Assembly (NCBI GenBank): GCA_963785725.1
Contig: CAWAWS010000024.1
Location: forward strand, 96,001-160,000
DNA from: an uncultured delta proteobacterium
GTDB lineage: Bacteria; Myxococcota_A; Polyangia; Palsa-1104
Direction of reading: 5' to 3'
DNA length: 64,000 nucleotides
The notes under the pieces are model-generated. The model was not told the DNA's origin. It did no database searches and saw nothing but the letters and a program-made list of their open reading frames with translations. This document shows, one piece after another, positions 13,825 through 28,091 of the stretch; within the stretch, counting starts at the first letter, position 1, and each line of letters begins with the position of its first letter. Made by a program: the position numbers and the translations under genes.

Positions 13825-15363
13825 ATGGACATCAAAGCCGAAGAGATCTCCCAGATCATCCGCAAGCAGATCGAGGAGTACGATCAGAAGGTCTCGGTCG
13901 TCGAGACCGGAACCGTCCTCACCGTCGGCGACGGTATCGCCCGCGTTTACGGCCTCGCCGGCGCCATGGCCGGCGAGCTCCTCGAGTTCCCGCACGACGT
14001 GCGCGGCATCGTCCTCAACTTGGAAGAGGACAACGTCGGCGTCGCGCTCCTCGGCGAGTACGAGAAGATTCGCGAGAACGATCAGGTCAAGCGCACCGGC
14101 CAGATCGCCTCGGTTCCCGTCGGCGACGAGCTCGTCGGCCGCGTCGTCAACGCGCTCGGCCAGCCCATCGACGGCAAGGGCCCGATCCTGACCAAGGAGC
14201 TGCGCAAGGTCGAGATCAAGGCGCCCGGCATCGTCGCCCGTAAGTCGGTGCACGAGCCGATGCAGACCGGCATCAAGGCGATCGACGCCATGATCCCGAT
14301 CGGCCGCGGTCAGCGCGAGCTCATCATCGGCGACCGTCAGACGGGCAAGACCGCCGTCGCGCTCGACACGATCATCAACCAAAAGGGCCAGGGCGTCACG
14401 TGCATCTACGTCGCCATCGGCCAGAAGCAGTCGACCGTCGCCTCGGTCGTCGACAAGCTGCGCTCGTTCGGCGCGATGGATTACACCATCGTCGTCGCGG
14501 CGACCGCGTCGGAGCCGGCGCCGCTGCAGTTCTTCGCGCCGTTCACCGGCGTCACGATGGGCGAGTATTGGCGCGACAACGGCGGCCACGCGCTCATCGT
14601 CTACGACGATCTGTCGAAGCACGCCGTCGCCTATCGCCAGCTGTCGCTGCTCCTGCGCCGTCCGCCGGGTCGCGAAGCTTACCCGGGCGACGTCTTCTAC
14701 TTCCACTCGCGCCTGCTCGAGCGCGCGGCCAAGATGTCGGACGAGCGCGGCGCCGGCTCGCTCACGGCGCTGCCGATCATCGAGACGCAGGCCGGCGACG
14801 TCTCGGCGTACATCCCGACCAACGTCATCTCGATCACCGACGGTCAGATCTTACCTCGAGACCGACCTGTTCTACTCGGGCGTTCGTCCGGCGGTGAACG
14901 TCGGTCTCTCGGTCTCCCGCGTCGGTGGCTCGGCGCAGGTCAACGCGATGAAGAAGGTCGCCGGCACGCTTGCGCCTCGACGCTGGCGCAGTATCGCGAG
15001 CTCGCGGCCTTCTCGCAGTTCGCCAGCGACATGGACAAGGCGACGCAGAACCAGCTGGCTCGCGGCGCGCGCATGGTCGAGCTGCTCAAGCAGGGTCAGT
15101 ATCAGCCGCTGCCGGTCGAGCGTCAGGTGCTCGTGCTCTTCGCCGGCTCGAACGGCTACCTCGACACGCTGCCGGTCGAAGCGGTCGGTCGTTGGGAGCG
15201 CGAGCTGTGGCCGTGGCTCGAGTCGCGCCGCCCCGACGTCCTCTCGACGATCCGCGCGAAGGCCGCCGATTCCAAGGCGTTCAACGATCTCGTCGAGCTG
15301 ATGAAGTCGGCGCTGGGCGAGTTCAACAAAGAGTTCGTCGTCGACAAGGCCGCGAAAGCCTAA
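13825..15363 (+). CDS. atpA: ATP synthase F1 subunit alpha (three +1 insertions near 14852, 14969 and 14982 that restore the frame)
   Basis: GDRQTGKT Walker A and [13 protein letters not shown]. The segment [14 protein letters not shown] is in another frame. Confidence 0.97.
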   Translation: MDIKAEEISQIIRKQIEEYDQKVSVVETGTVLTVGDGIARVYGLAGAMAGELLEFPHDVRGIVLNLEEDNVGVALLGEYEKIRENDQVKRTGQIASVPVGDELVGRVVNALGQPIDGKGPILTKELRKVEIKAPGIVARKSVHEPMQTGIKAIDAMIPIGRGQRELIIGDRQTGKTAVALDTIINQKGQGVTCIYVAIGQKQSTVASVVDKLRSFGAMDYTIVVAATASEPAPLQFFAPFTGVTMGEYWRDNGGHALIVYDDLSKHAVAYRQLSLLLRRPPGREAYPGDVFYFHSRLLERAAKMSDERGAGSLTALPIIETQAGDVSAYIPTNVISITDGQILPRDRPVLLGRSSGGERRSLGLPRRWLGAGQRDEEGRRHACASTLAQYRELAAFSQFASDMDKATQNQLARGARMVELLKQGQYQPLPVERQVLVLFAGSNGYLDTLPVEAVGRWERELWPWLESRRPDVLSTIRAKAADSKAFNDLVELMKSALGEFNKEFVVDKAAKA

Positions 15364-18433
<3,070 letters not shown>

Positions 18434-18503
18434 GACTGCCAACATAATGTTGCGATTCTCTTGGCGCCGCGCAATCATTCCGTCGGTGCGAGCCCTATTC
18501 GCC

Positions 18504-18860
18504 ATGCTGCTGGTGACGGCCGGGTGCGCCGGCGTCGACTATCCCAAGCCGCGACGGCTGCCGCCCGGCATCAGCTTCGCCGGCACCTGGGAATCGACGT
18601 GGGGCAAGATGGTGTTGCGACAGAGCGGCCACGAAATCCACGGCACCTTCACGGGCTATCGCGAGGGCGGGCTGTCGGGAACGCTCGACGGCGACCTGTG
18701 GCATTTCATTTGGGACCAGCGGCGGCCGCATTCGCACGGGCGCGGGTTCATGCAGATTACGCCCGACGGCCAGCATATCGAGGGGCGTTGGGGCTACGAG
18801 AAGAGCGACAACGACGGCGGGCGGTGGGCGGCCGACAAGGAGAATTCCGACACGTTCTGA
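18504..18860 (+). CDS. Small lipoprotein, unknown function
   Basis: LVTAG-C lipobox; Trp/Gly-rich beta domain (FAGTWESTWG...EGRWG). Start uncertain. Confidence 0.65.
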   Translation: MLLVTAGCAGVDYPKPRRLPPGISFAGTWESTWGKMVLRQSGHEIHGTFTGYREGGLSGTLDGDLWHFIWDQRRPHSHGRGFMQITPDGQHIEGRWGYEKSDNDGGRWAADKENSDTF

Positions 18861-18878
18861 GGGGATGACGGCGACTGG

Positions 18879-18977
18879 CTGACCGCAGGAGCCGACCGCG
18901 CCACCAGCCGACCGCAGTAGCCGAACCGCGTCAACCGACCGCATCAACCGACCGCAGCAGCCGACCGCACCGACCGA
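18879..18977 (+). repeat. Degenerate tandem array of CCGACCGC (about 8 units, ~13-bp period)
   Basis: ctgaccgcaggag ccgaccgcgccaccag ccgaccgcagtag ccgaaccgcgtcaa ccgaccgcatcaa ccgaccgcagcag ccgaccgca ccgaccg. Confidence 0.8.
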
Positions 18978-19062
18978 CGATCGATTCCGGAGGATGGTGG
19001 GTTCCGAAGGGCGGCCCCCAGCCGCCCTCCCTTAGTCATCGGCAATCTGCGCCAGAAGTTGC
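18974..19062 (+). repeat. Intergenic structured repeat family B, copy 1
   Basis: First 34 nt are identical to the reverse complement of 21800-21833. Core hairpin AGGGCGGC-CCCCA-GCCGCCCT; ends AAGTTGC. Confidence 0.85.
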
Positions 19063-19070
19063 TACCGGCG

Positions 19071-20012
19071 CTACGAAAACAGCTCCGACACCGACGAGCC
19101 GTCGTGAATATGCGTAATCGCCGTCGCCAATAACGGCGCCATCGACAGCACTTCCAACTTCGAGCAGTGCTTGTCCGCCGGAATCGGAATCGTATTCGTC
19201 ACCAGCAGCCGCGAAATCCGCGACGCCGCCAGCCGCTCCGCCGCGCGCCCCGACATGACCGGATGCACGACCGCCGCCGACACGCTGCGCGCGCCGCGAT
19301 CGAGCAAGAACTCGGTGGCGCCGAACAGCGTGCCGCCGGTGGCGATCTCGTCGTCGACGAGCAGGCAGTCCTTGCCGACGATGTCGCCGATGACGTGCGC
19401 CGGCCGCGCCTTCTCGTCGTCGCCGGCGCGCCGCTTGTCGATGAACGCCAACGGCAAATCGAGCCGCTTGGCGAACCGCCCGGCGTCCTTGGCCTCGCCC
19501 ACGTCGGCCGCGACGACGACCGTATTCGACAGGTCGCTATTCTTCAGCCGCTCGCACAACACCGGCACGCCCGACAGCTGATCGGCCGGCATCGAGAAGA
19601 AGCCCTGAATCTGCGGCGAATGCAGATCGACCGTCAGCACGCGATCGGCGCCCGCGGTCGCCAAGAGGTCCGCCATCAGCCGCGCCGTGATCGAAATGCG
19701 CGGCTCGTCCTTCTTGTCGCTGCGCGCGTAAGGGAAATAGGGCAGCACCGCGGTCACCCGCTTCGCCGACGCATGCTTGAGCGCGTCGAGCAGGATCAGC
19801 GTCTCGACGATGTTCTCGTGCAGCGGCGGACACGCGGTCTGCACCACGAATACGTCCTGCTCGCGCACGTTCTCGTCGATCTTGACCTTCAGATTCTCGT
19901 TCGAGAAGCGCGTCGTGTGCGCTCGACCGAGCACGATGCCGAGCTCGTCGCAGATCTCCCGCGCCAACCCGGGATGCGACGAGCCGGCGAACACTTTGAG
20001 ACCGTCGGCCAC
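19071..20012 (-). CDS. prs: Ribose-phosphate pyrophosphokinase
   Basis: PYFPYARSDKK, DLHSPQIQGFF and LVDDEIATGGTL. Confidence 0.95.
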   Translation of the reverse strand: MADGLKVFAGSSHPGLAREICDELGIVLGRAHTTRFSNENLKVKIDENVREQDVFVVQTACPPLHENIVETLILLDALKHASAKRVTAVLPYFPYARSDKKDEPRISITARLMADLLATAGADRVLTVDLHSPQIQGFFSMPADQLSGVPVLCERLKNSDLSNTVVVAADVGEAKDAGRFAKRLDLPLAFIDKRRAGDDEKARPAHVIGDIVGKDCLLVDDEIATGGTLFGATEFLLDRGARSVSAAVVHPVMSGRAAERLAASRISRLLVTNTIPIPADKHCSKLEVLSMAPLLATAITHIHDGSSVSELFS

Positions 20013-20034
20013 CTTGGCGTGCTACCATGACTAT

Positions 20035-20340
20035 GTGAACGACGTCTATGCCCTCGTCCGGTCGTTACGCGCGGCCAGCTGGCCGCGCAACCGGCATTTC
20101 GAGGCTCACGCGACCGAGCTCGGCCAAGAGGCGCGCCGTCTGCACCGCTTCTTGCGCGGCCTCGAGCGCGACGTCGCTACGGCCGATCGCGTCCTCGTCC
20201 GCGCGCACGCCGACCGCTTCGTCGTAAAGCTCGAATTTGACACGCTAAAGCTCGAACGCGTCGTGACGCTGACGCCGGAAGAGCACGCGATCTTGTCGGA
20301 AATTCCCGCGCTCACCGAGCGCCTCCAGCCCGCGCAGTAA
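20035..20340 (+). CDS. Hypothetical protein
   Basis: Divergent from prs, ~101 aa with an RNRHF motif. GTG start inferred. Confidence 0.55.
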   Translation: MNDVYALVRSLRAASWPRNRHFEAHATELGQEARRLHRFLRGLERDVATADRVLVRAHADRFVVKLEFDTLKLERVVTLTPEEHAILSEIPALTERLQPAQ

Positions 20341-20633
20341 TTCCCGCATCACTGTAATCACAAGCGCCGCTCGGCGCCTCTCCGCCCGCAATAGTCGGCT
20401 GACGACAGCTGCGCTCCGGCGCGCTCGCCCGCGATTCGCGCGTGCTCGCTTGCGCTCGCGCCGCGAACGGCGGCAGTCGATGGGCGAGCTTGCGACGGAT
20501 CGGCTTCGGCGCGAAAGCCGCGCCGGCAACGCTCGAAATGCTGGCCGAATTGGTGACGTCGACGTGAAGTCACGCCTGGAGCTGCGCAGATGCTGTGGAG
20601 GAAGACTGCGAATTACGCAGTCATCGTGACAAA

Positions 20634-20837
20634 TTAGCGCGCGGCAGCAGCTTCCGCGTGCGCGTAGAACAGCGTGATGGTCAAGCAGTGAAACTCGCGG
20701 TCCGAGCTCTGCGTGACGATCTTGTCGGTCACTTGCACGCCCGGGTTGGCGCGAATCCAGCGGGTGACGTTCTCACCGAGCTCTTCCCGCTCCCTCGCCT
20801 TCGTTGCCGAAAACACCTTGACGCCCGTGAACGCCAT
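20634..20837 (-). CDS. Small protein (67 aa), unknown function
   Basis: AAGGAG RBS; MAFTGVKVFSATKAREREELGENVTRWI...QSSDREFHCLTITLFY. Resembles a small family I recall from myxobacteria. Confidence 0.75.
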   Translation of the reverse strand: MAFTGVKVFSATKAREREELGENVTRWIRANPGVQVTDKIVTQSSDREFHCLTITLFYAHAEAAAAR

Positions 20838-21099
20838 CTTCGTTTCTCCTTGATCCCCGCTCAGTGGAAAACGCCCGCTTTACTGCACTGCAATTCTGAA
20901 CCTACTCCGGACAAGTTATGTTTGCAATATAAAATTGAACCTAGAGCGGAATAGCGAAGCGGATGTAGAAACTGCCGAGACGGACTTAGAAGCTGCCACC
21001 AATCCACTCTCGGGGCGCGAAGATGGCTTCACGAATCCTTGACTTGCAGCACGTGGCCATGTAACGGTCCGCCCAGCCTATGCCGTCGGAGGAACGGGA

Positions 21100-21570
21100 A
21101 TGAGAGCCCTGCTACTGTGCGCGTTGATGGGGGTGGTCGTGGGTGGCGCGCTGTTCGCGTGTAATCCCAACTCGATCGGTCGCCCCTGCGTCAACCCGGG
21201 CGGACAAGCCGTCGTGGGAACACAGATCAGCTCGCCGGCGCTGGAATGCCCGTCGCGGCTGTGCCTAATCGAGCCGCCCAACGCCGCCACCGGTAACGTC
21301 TCCGGCAGCGACGGCGGCGCCTTCCGCGCGACCTGCACCGCGACCTGCGACAACAGCGGCGACTGCGAAGCCGAGACGAAGGCGAGCTGCCCGTCGGGCT
21401 TCGTCTGCGCCGTCGCCACCCAAGAAGGTAACTACTGCTGCCGCAAGATCTGCATCTGCCGCACGGACTTGGTCGAGGGGACGAACGTGAACCCCGACGG
21501 CGGCGTCATCACGCCGTTCTCGTGCGACCCGAAGCAGAACACCAACATCACCTGCCCGAACGTCAAGTAA
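21100..21570 (+). CDS. Cys-rich lipoprotein, CglC-like (adventurous gliding)
   Basis: LFA-C lipobox; IGRPC...ISSPALECPSRLCL...CTATC pattern resembles CglC. GGAGG RBS. Confidence 0.55.
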   Translation: MRALLLCALMGVVVGGALFACNPNSIGRPCVNPGGQAVVGTQISSPALECPSRLCLIEPPNAATGNVSGSDGGAFRATCTATCDNSGDCEAETKASCPSGFVCAVATQEGNYCCRKICICRTDLVEGTNVNPDGGVITPFSCDPKQNTNITCPNVK

Positions 21571-21580
21571 TCCTGCGCTC

Positions 21581-21613
21581 GACGTCGCCGGTCACGCCGG
21601 CGGCGTCGGGTTT
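21581..21613 (+). terminator. Hairpin after the CglC-like gene, possible intrinsic terminator
   Basis: GACGTCGCCGG-TCACG-CCGGCGGCGTC followed by a short T run. Confidence 0.35.
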
Positions 21614-21745
21614 CGCATCGCCATCCCAGTTTTCGCTCGCTCCCGGCTTGATCGGCTGACAGCCGCACGACTTGCTCTCGAGCTGGTCAATTAGCTAGTG
21701 CTGTCGATACCTTGCGTCCGTTCGGCGGAAGTGCTGCGTTGCGAA

Positions 21746-21833
21746 GCAACTTTTCGGCGCGGCGCGCGATGACTTAGGGCGGGCGGCGGGGGCCGCCCGT
21801 CGGAACCCACCATCCTCCGGAATCGATCGTCGG
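21746..21833 (-). repeat. Intergenic structured repeat family B, copy 2
   Basis: Reverse complement matches 18974-19062; hairpin CGGGCGGC-CCCC-GCCGCCCG. Confidence 0.85.
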
Positions 21834-21863
21834 ACGCAGCCCTACCCGACGCTCGCCGCGACC

Positions 21864-22208
21864 TCAATCCGTCGTGAACGCATCTTCGAAGTGTTCGATG
21901 GTGTCGCCCTCGATCGCGAGGACGTCGAACCGACACGGCACGTCGCCGCGCTTGGCCTGCAGCAACCAGAGCTCGGCGGCGCGAATGAGGCGGCGGCGTT
22001 TGACGCTGACGACGGTCTCGGCGGGCGAGCCATGTCGATCGTCCTGGCGCGCGCGCACCTCGACGAACACGACGGTGCCGCCGTCATCGCAGACGAGATC
22101 GATCTCGCCGCCGCGACAACACCAGTTGCGGTCGAGGATTCGGTGACCCTTGCGCTGAAGGAACTGAGCCGCGCGCGCTTCGGCGTGTGCGCCTAGCGCG
22201 CGCGACAC
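21864..22208 (-). CDS. yraN: YraN family (UPF0102) endonuclease-like protein
   Basis: RNW...GEIDLV...VFVEVRAR and RFDV. Confidence 0.9.
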   Translation of the reverse strand: MSRALGAHAEARAAQFLQRKGHRILDRNWCCRGGEIDLVCDDGGTVVFVEVRARQDDRHGSPAETVVSVKRRRLIRAAELWLLQAKRGDVPCRFDVLAIEGDTIEHFEDAFTTD

Positions 22209-22212
22209 GAGA

Positions 22213-22629
22213 CTACTGCGACGGCGGGGCTTCGTCGGGCTTGACGGCCGGAGCGATGAGCGCGTGCGAGATGCCCGCCTTGGCCTTGATGCGGGCCGCC
22301 TTGCCGGCGAGGTCGCGCAAGTAGTACAGGCGCGCGCGACGAACGCTGCCGCGGGCGATGACGTCCAGCTTCTCGATGCGCGGCGTGTGCGTCGGGAAGA
22401 CGCGCTCGACGCCGACGCCGTAGCTGACCTTGCGGACGGTGAACGAGGCGCGCATGCCGGCGCCCGTCTTCTTGATGACCACGCCTTCGAAGGCCTGGGC
22501 GCGCTCCTTCTCGCCTTCCTTGATGAGCACGGAGACCTTCACCGTGTCGCCCACCTTGAAGTCGGGGAGATTGGTCTTGCGAAACTGGCGCTTCTCAATT
22601 GCTTCGAGAATGGGGGTGACGTCGCTCAT
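22213..22629 (-). CDS. rplS: 50S ribosomal protein L19
   Basis: [31 protein letters not shown] and [10 protein letters not shown]. Confidence 0.97.
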   Translation of the reverse strand: MSDVTPILEAIEKRQFRKTNLPDFKVGDTVKVSVLIKEGEKERAQAFEGVVIKKTGAGMRASFTVRKVSYGVGVERVFPTHTPRIEKLDVIARGSVRRARLYYLRDLAGKAARIKAKAGISHALIAPAVKPDEAPPSQ

Positions 22630-22666
22630 TTTTCTGGTCCTTCTGTTTCCGGGATCGAAAGGTGCG

Positions 22667-23293
22667 TTAGTCTTCACGATCCCCATAGACGCGGTCAAGG
22701 AGAATCGCACACGCGGAACGGACGCTCAGGTGATTGTAAGCGCCTGCGCCGCGAATCGGTGGGAGGCGAAAGTCGCACGTTGCCAGCAGCTCGTCTGTGA
22801 GGCCCCATCCCGTTCCGAGGACCATCAACGCCGGCTCGTGCGCGGCCAGCTGGCGCAACGCGGAGAAGCCGATCGGCGCCCCGCCGCCGCGATCCATCGC
22901 CGCCGTGGCCACGACTTTGGGGCGCCGGCCGTGCGTCGCCGTCATGGCCGCGACGGCCGCGTCGAGATCGGGCACGACTTGCAGCAGATCGATCGCTTGG
23001 CGGCGGAAATCGTTCTTCTCGGCCCCTTCGGCGCCCGTCCAATGGGCCGCGATCCGCTGGGCCAGCTCGCGCTGCGCGGCGACGGGATGCACGATGAAGA
23101 AGCGCTCGACGCCGAACGTCCGCGACGAGCGCGCGATGTCGTGCAGATCGAGGTTCGTCAGCGCCGTCGCCACGACTTTATGATGCTTGTCATAGACGGG
23201 ATGGTGGACGAGCGCGACCGAGAGGCGCAACGGGATGGGCCGGTCGTTTTCGCCGGCGCCGCCTTCACCGGTCGCTGCTGAAGCGTCGCTCAT
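22667..23293 (-). CDS. SPOUT-class RNA methyltransferase (TrmD-associated family)
   Basis: [31 protein letters not shown] and YNHLSVRSA. Confidence 0.88.
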   Translation of the reverse strand: MSDASAATGEGGAGENDRPIPLRLSVALVHHPVYDKHHKVVATALTNLDLHDIARSSRTFGVERFFIVHPVAAQRELAQRIAAHWTGAEGAEKNDFRRQAIDLLQVVPDLDAAVAAMTATHGRRPKVVATAAMDRGGGAPIGFSALRQLAAHEPALMVLGTGWGLTDELLATCDFRLPPIRGAGAYNHLSVRSACAILLDRVYGDRED

Positions 23294-24048
23294 GGCGCTT
23301 TACCGTCGAGGAGCTGGCGATCTTCGGGGCTGAGCACGAGCGTCGCGAAGAGATCGGGACGGCGCTCGCGCGTGCGCAACAGCGACTGCAAGCGGCGCCA
23401 GCGACGGATCCGCTCGTGATTGCCCGAGATGAGCGCCTCGGGCACCGCTTGCTCGCGGTAGACCGCCGGGCGCGTGTACTGCGGATATTCGAGCAGGCCC
23501 GCTTCGAACGATTCGTCGACCGCCGAGTGCGAGTTGCCGAGCACGCCGGGCAGGCGCCGCGCGACGGCGTCGACGACGACCATCGCCGCCAGCTCGCCGC
23601 CGGTCAGCACGTAGTCGCCGATCGACAGCTCCTCGTCGCAAAAGCCGCGCACCCGCTCGTCCATGCCTTCGTAGCGACCGCAAACCAAGAGCACATGCGT
23701 CTGTTGCGCGAGGCGCACGACGGTCGGCTGCGTCAGCGGCGCGCCCGTCGGTGCCAACAAGATCTTGTGGGCGCGACCGCGCGCGTTCTCCGCCGATTCG
23801 ATGGCGCTCACGAGCGGATCGGGCCGCATGACCATCCCCGCGCCGCCGCCATAAGGCGTGTCGTCGACGGAGTGGTGCTTGTCGGTGGTGAACGTGCGCG
23901 GATCGACGAAGTGCACGGCGACGACGCCGTTGGCGACCGCTTTGCCGACGAGGCCGGCGCCGAGCACCGACGCGAACATGTCGGGAAAGAGCGTCACGAC
24001 GTCGAACACGATCGCCGGCGCCGACGGAATCTCCGGCGACGCGGTCAT
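23290..24048 (-). CDS. trmD: tRNA (guanine-N1)-methyltransferase
   Basis: [31 protein letters not shown] and [10 protein letters not shown]. Confidence 0.97.
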   Translation of the reverse strand: MTASPEIPSAPAIVFDVVTLFPDMFASVLGAGLVGKAVANGVVAVHFVDPRTFTTDKHHSVDDTPYGGGAGMVMRPDPLVSAIESAENARGRAHKILLAPTGAPLTQPTVVRLAQQTHVLLVCGRYEGMDERVRGFCDEELSIGDYVLTGGELAAMVVVDAVARRLPGVLGNSHSAVDESFEAGLLEYPQYTRPAVYREQAVPEALISGNHERIRRWRRLQSLLRTRERRPDLFATLVLSPEDRQLLDGKAP

Positions 24049-24554
24049 GACTCGACTTCGTCGAGATCTACGAGACCGGGCGGCGGATCGCAGGTCACCG
24101 TGCGCGTCGCCAGATCGACATGGGTGACCATGGCGTCGACGAGCGGGAGCATGAACTCCTTGCCGTTGGCGCGTTTGACCTCGAGGATCTCGTGCGCGCC
24201 CGAGTCGAAGCTGCCCGAGACCTCTCCGAGGAGCTCGCCGGCGACGTCGACGACGCGACAGCCGATCAAGTCGGAGACGAGCAGCTCGTCGTCGCCGACT
24301 TCGATGCTGTCGCGATCGACACGCACGGGCGTTCCGCGCAACGCTTCGGCGGCGTTGCGGTCGGTGACCCCTTCGATCGTGACGAGCCAGTCGTCTTTGT
24401 CGCGCTGCGCGTGCACGACGCGGCAGCTGCGCTCGCCCAACTCGATGGTGGCGAGCGACGACAGATCCGTGGACGTGCGAATACGAAGCGCGCCCTTGAT
24501 GCCGTGGGCGCGCGCGACGTAACCGACGTCGACTTTGCTACTCGAGGATTTCAA
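24045..24554 (-). CDS. rimM: Ribosome maturation factor RimM
   Basis: [22 protein letters not shown] and DLIGCRV. TTG start inferred. Confidence 0.9.
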   Translation of the reverse strand: MKSSSSKVDVGYVARAHGIKGALRIRTSTDLSSLATIELGERSCRVVHAQRDKDDWLVTIEGVTDRNAAEALRGTPVRVDRDSIEVGDDELLVSDLIGCRVVDVAGELLGEVSGSFDSGAHEILEVKRANGKEFMLPLVDAMVTHVDLATRTVTCDPPPGLVDLDEVES

Positions 24555-24792
24555 GGACGGCGCGCGTTCGCAGCTTCGAAGCCGCCGCCGACAGGATGGT
24601 GCGCAGCGCGCGGGCCGTGCGGCCCTGCTTGCCGATGACCTTACCGAGATCTTCCTCGGCAACGGTGAGCTCGAAGACGGCAGCGCCGTCCTCTTCCATC
24701 TCCTCGACGATGACCTCGTCGGCGCGGTCGACCAACGACTGCGCCAGGAACTTCACGAGGTCTTGCAGCGGCGGATGCTCAGCGGGAGGCAC
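24538..24792 (-). CDS. khpA: KH-domain RNA-binding protein
   Basis: DLGKVIGKQGRTARALR; lies between rpsP and rimM. Confidence 0.92.
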   Translation of the reverse strand: MPPAEHPPLQDLVKFLAQSLVDRADEVIVEEMEEDGAAVFELTVAEEDLGKVIGKQGRTARALRTILSAAASKLRTRAVLEILE

Positions 24793-24796
24793 GAAA

Positions 24797-25060
24797 TCAG
24801 GCCTTGGCGGGGCTGGCCTGAGCCTTCTCGACCTGCTGCAGCAGCTCGCTGACCGTATCCGACGGCTGGGCGCCGACGGACAGCCAGTGCTTGACGCGCT
24901 CCATGTCGAAGCGAATCTCGACCGGATCGCGATTGGGATCGTAGATACCTACGTGCTCGATGAACTTTCCGTCGCGGGGCGAACGCGAGTCGGTAACGAC
25001 CACGCGATAGAACGGGTTCTTCTTGGCGCCCACGCGCGACAGACGCAACTTCACGGACAT
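24797..25060 (-). CDS. rpsP: 30S ribosomal protein S16
   Basis: [29 protein letters not shown]. Confidence 0.97.
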   Translation of the reverse strand: MSVKLRLSRVGAKKNPFYRVVVTDSRSPRDGKFIEHVGIYDPNRDPVEIRFDMERVKHWLSVGAQPSDTVSELLQQVEKAQASPAKA

Positions 25061-25086
25061 TGCAGCTTGCCTCCGAAAGGTGTCGA

Positions 25087-25115
25087 AAAGTAGTCGGCGC
25101 TTGGGAAGCTGTCAA
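25087..25115 (-). promoter_or_regulatory. sigma70 promoter of the rpsP operon
   Basis: Minus strand TTGACA-N17-TACTTT, followed by the GGAGG RBS of rpsP. Confidence 0.6.
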
Positions 25116-25139
25116 GTCGAGAGTACAGTTACACCTCTT

Positions 25140-26666
25140 ATGATGTGGCTTCCCTTGTTGGTCACCATCGTGGCCACGGCCGAGGTCAAAGGTACACCAG
25201 AGCCGTGCGGCTGTAACTCCGATCCTCTCGGCGACGTGGCGCGCGTGGCGACGCTGGCGACGGGCGGGCTGTGGCTCGATGCCGGCTCGCTCCTGTACGA
25301 TCCGGAGGCGATGTCGGTCGATCGGCGACCTCAAGCCGACGCCACCGCCGCGCAGCTGGCCAAGATCTACCGAACGGTCGAGGTCGGGCTGGGCGCGGGG
25401 GATCTACCGCGCGGCGCGGCGCACGTCGGGCCACCGCGGCAGGCGTGCAATGTGACCGGCGTTCCGACGGCGGCGCCGCATGTGCGTGTCGTCGACGGCG
25501 TGCGCATCGGCGTCTTCGGCGTCGTCGAGCCGGCGCGGCTCGCGGGCGCGGCCGGCGTGTCGGCGACGCCGGCGGCGGTCGCGGCCAAAGCGGCGATCGC
25601 GACATTGCGCAAAGAGCACGCGCAGGTCGTCGTCGCCTTGTGCGGCATGAGCCGCACCGAGACGCGCGCGCTCGTCAAAGCCGTGCCCGGCATCGACTTC
25701 GCGATCGTCGGCGCCGAGGTCGGCGACGGCATGAGCGAGCCGGAGCCGGCGAGCGGCGGCTTCATCGTCGCGCCCGCCGATCTGGCGCGGTATGCGGCGA
25801 AGCTGACGCTCGAAGTGCACGGCGCCGGCAAGCTGCAGGCGTTCGCGGGCGAGCCGGGGCGCAAGCGGCAGCTCGATCGCACCGACAAGCGCGTGGTCGA
25901 TCTGAAGACGCAGCTGGCGGCGTTCGCCAAAGACGCGACGGCGGACAAGACGTTCGTCGCCGCGCGGCAAGCGGAGCTCGATGGGCTGGTCGCCGAGCGA
26001 ACGAAGCTGGCGAGCCAGAAGCTGACGCCACCGACGGGAAGCTGGTTCACCTACGAGCTTACGCCGATCAATCACAAGATCGCCCGCGACCCGGCGATCG
26101 CGGCGCAGCTGAAGACGCTGGCGCACGACATCGGGCAGGCGAATCTGGCGGCGGCCAAGGGACAGGCGGCGCCGCCGGCCGAGGCGGGACAGCCGAGCTA
26201 CGTCGGCGATCGCGAGTGCGCGCGCTGCCATAAGAGCCAAGTGGACTTCTGGAAACATACGGTGCATGCGCAGGCGTGGAAGACGCTGGTCGACGTCGAC
26301 AAGCAGTACAACTACGACTGCATCGGCTGCCACGTGACCGGCTGGCAGAAGCCGGGCGGCGTCAATCTGGCGACGGTCGAGGCGCGCAATCTGACCAACG
26401 TGCAGTGCGAGACGTGCCACGGGCCGGGATCGAAGCACGTCGACGAATCGGGCATGGAGTCGCCGCACACGATGACGCGGCGGCCGGCCGATCGCTTTTG
26501 CGCCGACAATTGTCATACCCGCGAGCACTCGGACACGTTCACGCTCGTGCCCTACCTGCGCGACATTCTCGGCAAGGGTCACGGCGCGGCGGCGCGCGCG
26601 AAATTGGGCGCGGGACCGACGGGCCACGAGATTCGGCAGAAGGCGCTGGAAGCGGCGGCGCACTAA
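25140..26666 (+). CDS. UshA/5'-nucleotidase-like N-terminus fused to a multiheme c-type cytochrome
   Basis: EPCGC motif, LDAG and RIGVFGV; heme motifs CARCH, CIGCH, CETCH and CADNCH. Confidence 0.8.
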   Translation: MMWLPLLVTIVATAEVKGTPEPCGCNSDPLGDVARVATLATGGLWLDAGSLLYDPEAMSVDRRPQADATAAQLAKIYRTVEVGLGAGDLPRGAAHVGPPRQACNVTGVPTAAPHVRVVDGVRIGVFGVVEPARLAGAAGVSATPAAVAAKAAIATLRKEHAQVVVALCGMSRTETRALVKAVPGIDFAIVGAEVGDGMSEPEPASGGFIVAPADLARYAAKLTLEVHGAGKLQAFAGEPGRKRQLDRTDKRVVDLKTQLAAFAKDATADKTFVAARQAELDGLVAERTKLASQKLTPPTGSWFTYELTPINHKIARDPAIAAQLKTLAHDIGQANLAAAKGQAAPPAEAGQPSYVGDRECARCHKSQVDFWKHTVHAQAWKTLVDVDKQYNYDCIGCHVTGWQKPGGVNLATVEARNLTNVQCETCHGPGSKHVDESGMESPHTMTRRPADRFCADNCHTREHSDTFTLVPYLRDILGKGHGAAARAKLGAGPTGHEIRQKALEAAAH

Positions 26667-26672
26667 GGTTTC

Positions 26673-27104
26673 ATGCGTCGGCTGGCAGCGGGAATGATCG
26701 TGACGCTGGCGCTCGTTGTCACGGGATGCGCGACGACCAAGCCGGCGCCGGCGACCTCGACGATTCGCGAGCTGCCGAGCGGCGAAAGAGGGCCGCGCGA
26801 AGGCGTGATCGCCGTCTTCGAGGGCAAAGCCTCGTGGTATGGCAAAGAGCAGAACGGCCACGCGACGGCGTCGGGCGAGCGCTTCAACATGAACGCGCTG
26901 ACGGCCGCGCACCGCACGCTGCACATGAACTCGCGCGTGCGGGTGACGAACTTGCGCAACGGGCGCAGCGTGGTCGTGCGCATCAACGATCGCGGGCCCT
27001 ATTCGCACGGACGCATCATCGACGTGAGCTTCGCCGCAGCCAAGCAGCTGCAAATGATCGAAGCTGGCATCGTTCCCGTGCGGCTCGAGGTGCTCGCGCC
27101 GTGA
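26673..27104 (+). CDS. rlpA: RlpA-family septal lytic transglycosylase lipoprotein
   Basis: GKASWYG, TASGE, TAAHRTL, RINDRGP and IIDVS; lipobox VTG-C. Confidence 0.92.
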   Translation: MRRLAAGMIVTLALVVTGCATTKPAPATSTIRELPSGERGPREGVIAVFEGKASWYGKEQNGHATASGERFNMNALTAAHRTLHMNSRVRVTNLRNGRSVVVRINDRGPYSHGRIIDVSFAAAKQLQMIEAGIVPVRLEVLAP

Positions 27105-27149
27105 ATAGTGTGCCATTGTGCGCCGATTGCCGAAGCGAGTGAACCCGAC

Positions 27150-28087
<938 letters not shown>

Positions 28088-28091
<4 letters not shown>

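Noticed and set aside
18879..18977. Possible CRISPR array
   Set aside because: Units are 8 bp with linkers of at most 8 nt, far below CRISPR dimensions, and there are no cas genes.
20341..20633. Possible ncRNA in the ~290-bp convergent spacer
   Set aside because: Only one clear short hairpin (GACTGCG-AATTA-CGCAGTC, 20604-20622), no recognisable RNA family and no second copy in the window.
22667..23293. Extra methyltransferase between trmD and rplS as a novelty
   Set aside because: This SPOUT family is known next to, or fused with, trmD in deltaproteobacteria and other lineages.
25140..25260. Selenocysteine recoding in the UshA-like domain
   Set aside because: The motif is encoded TGC-GGC-TGT (Cys-Gly-Cys); there is no in-frame TGA.
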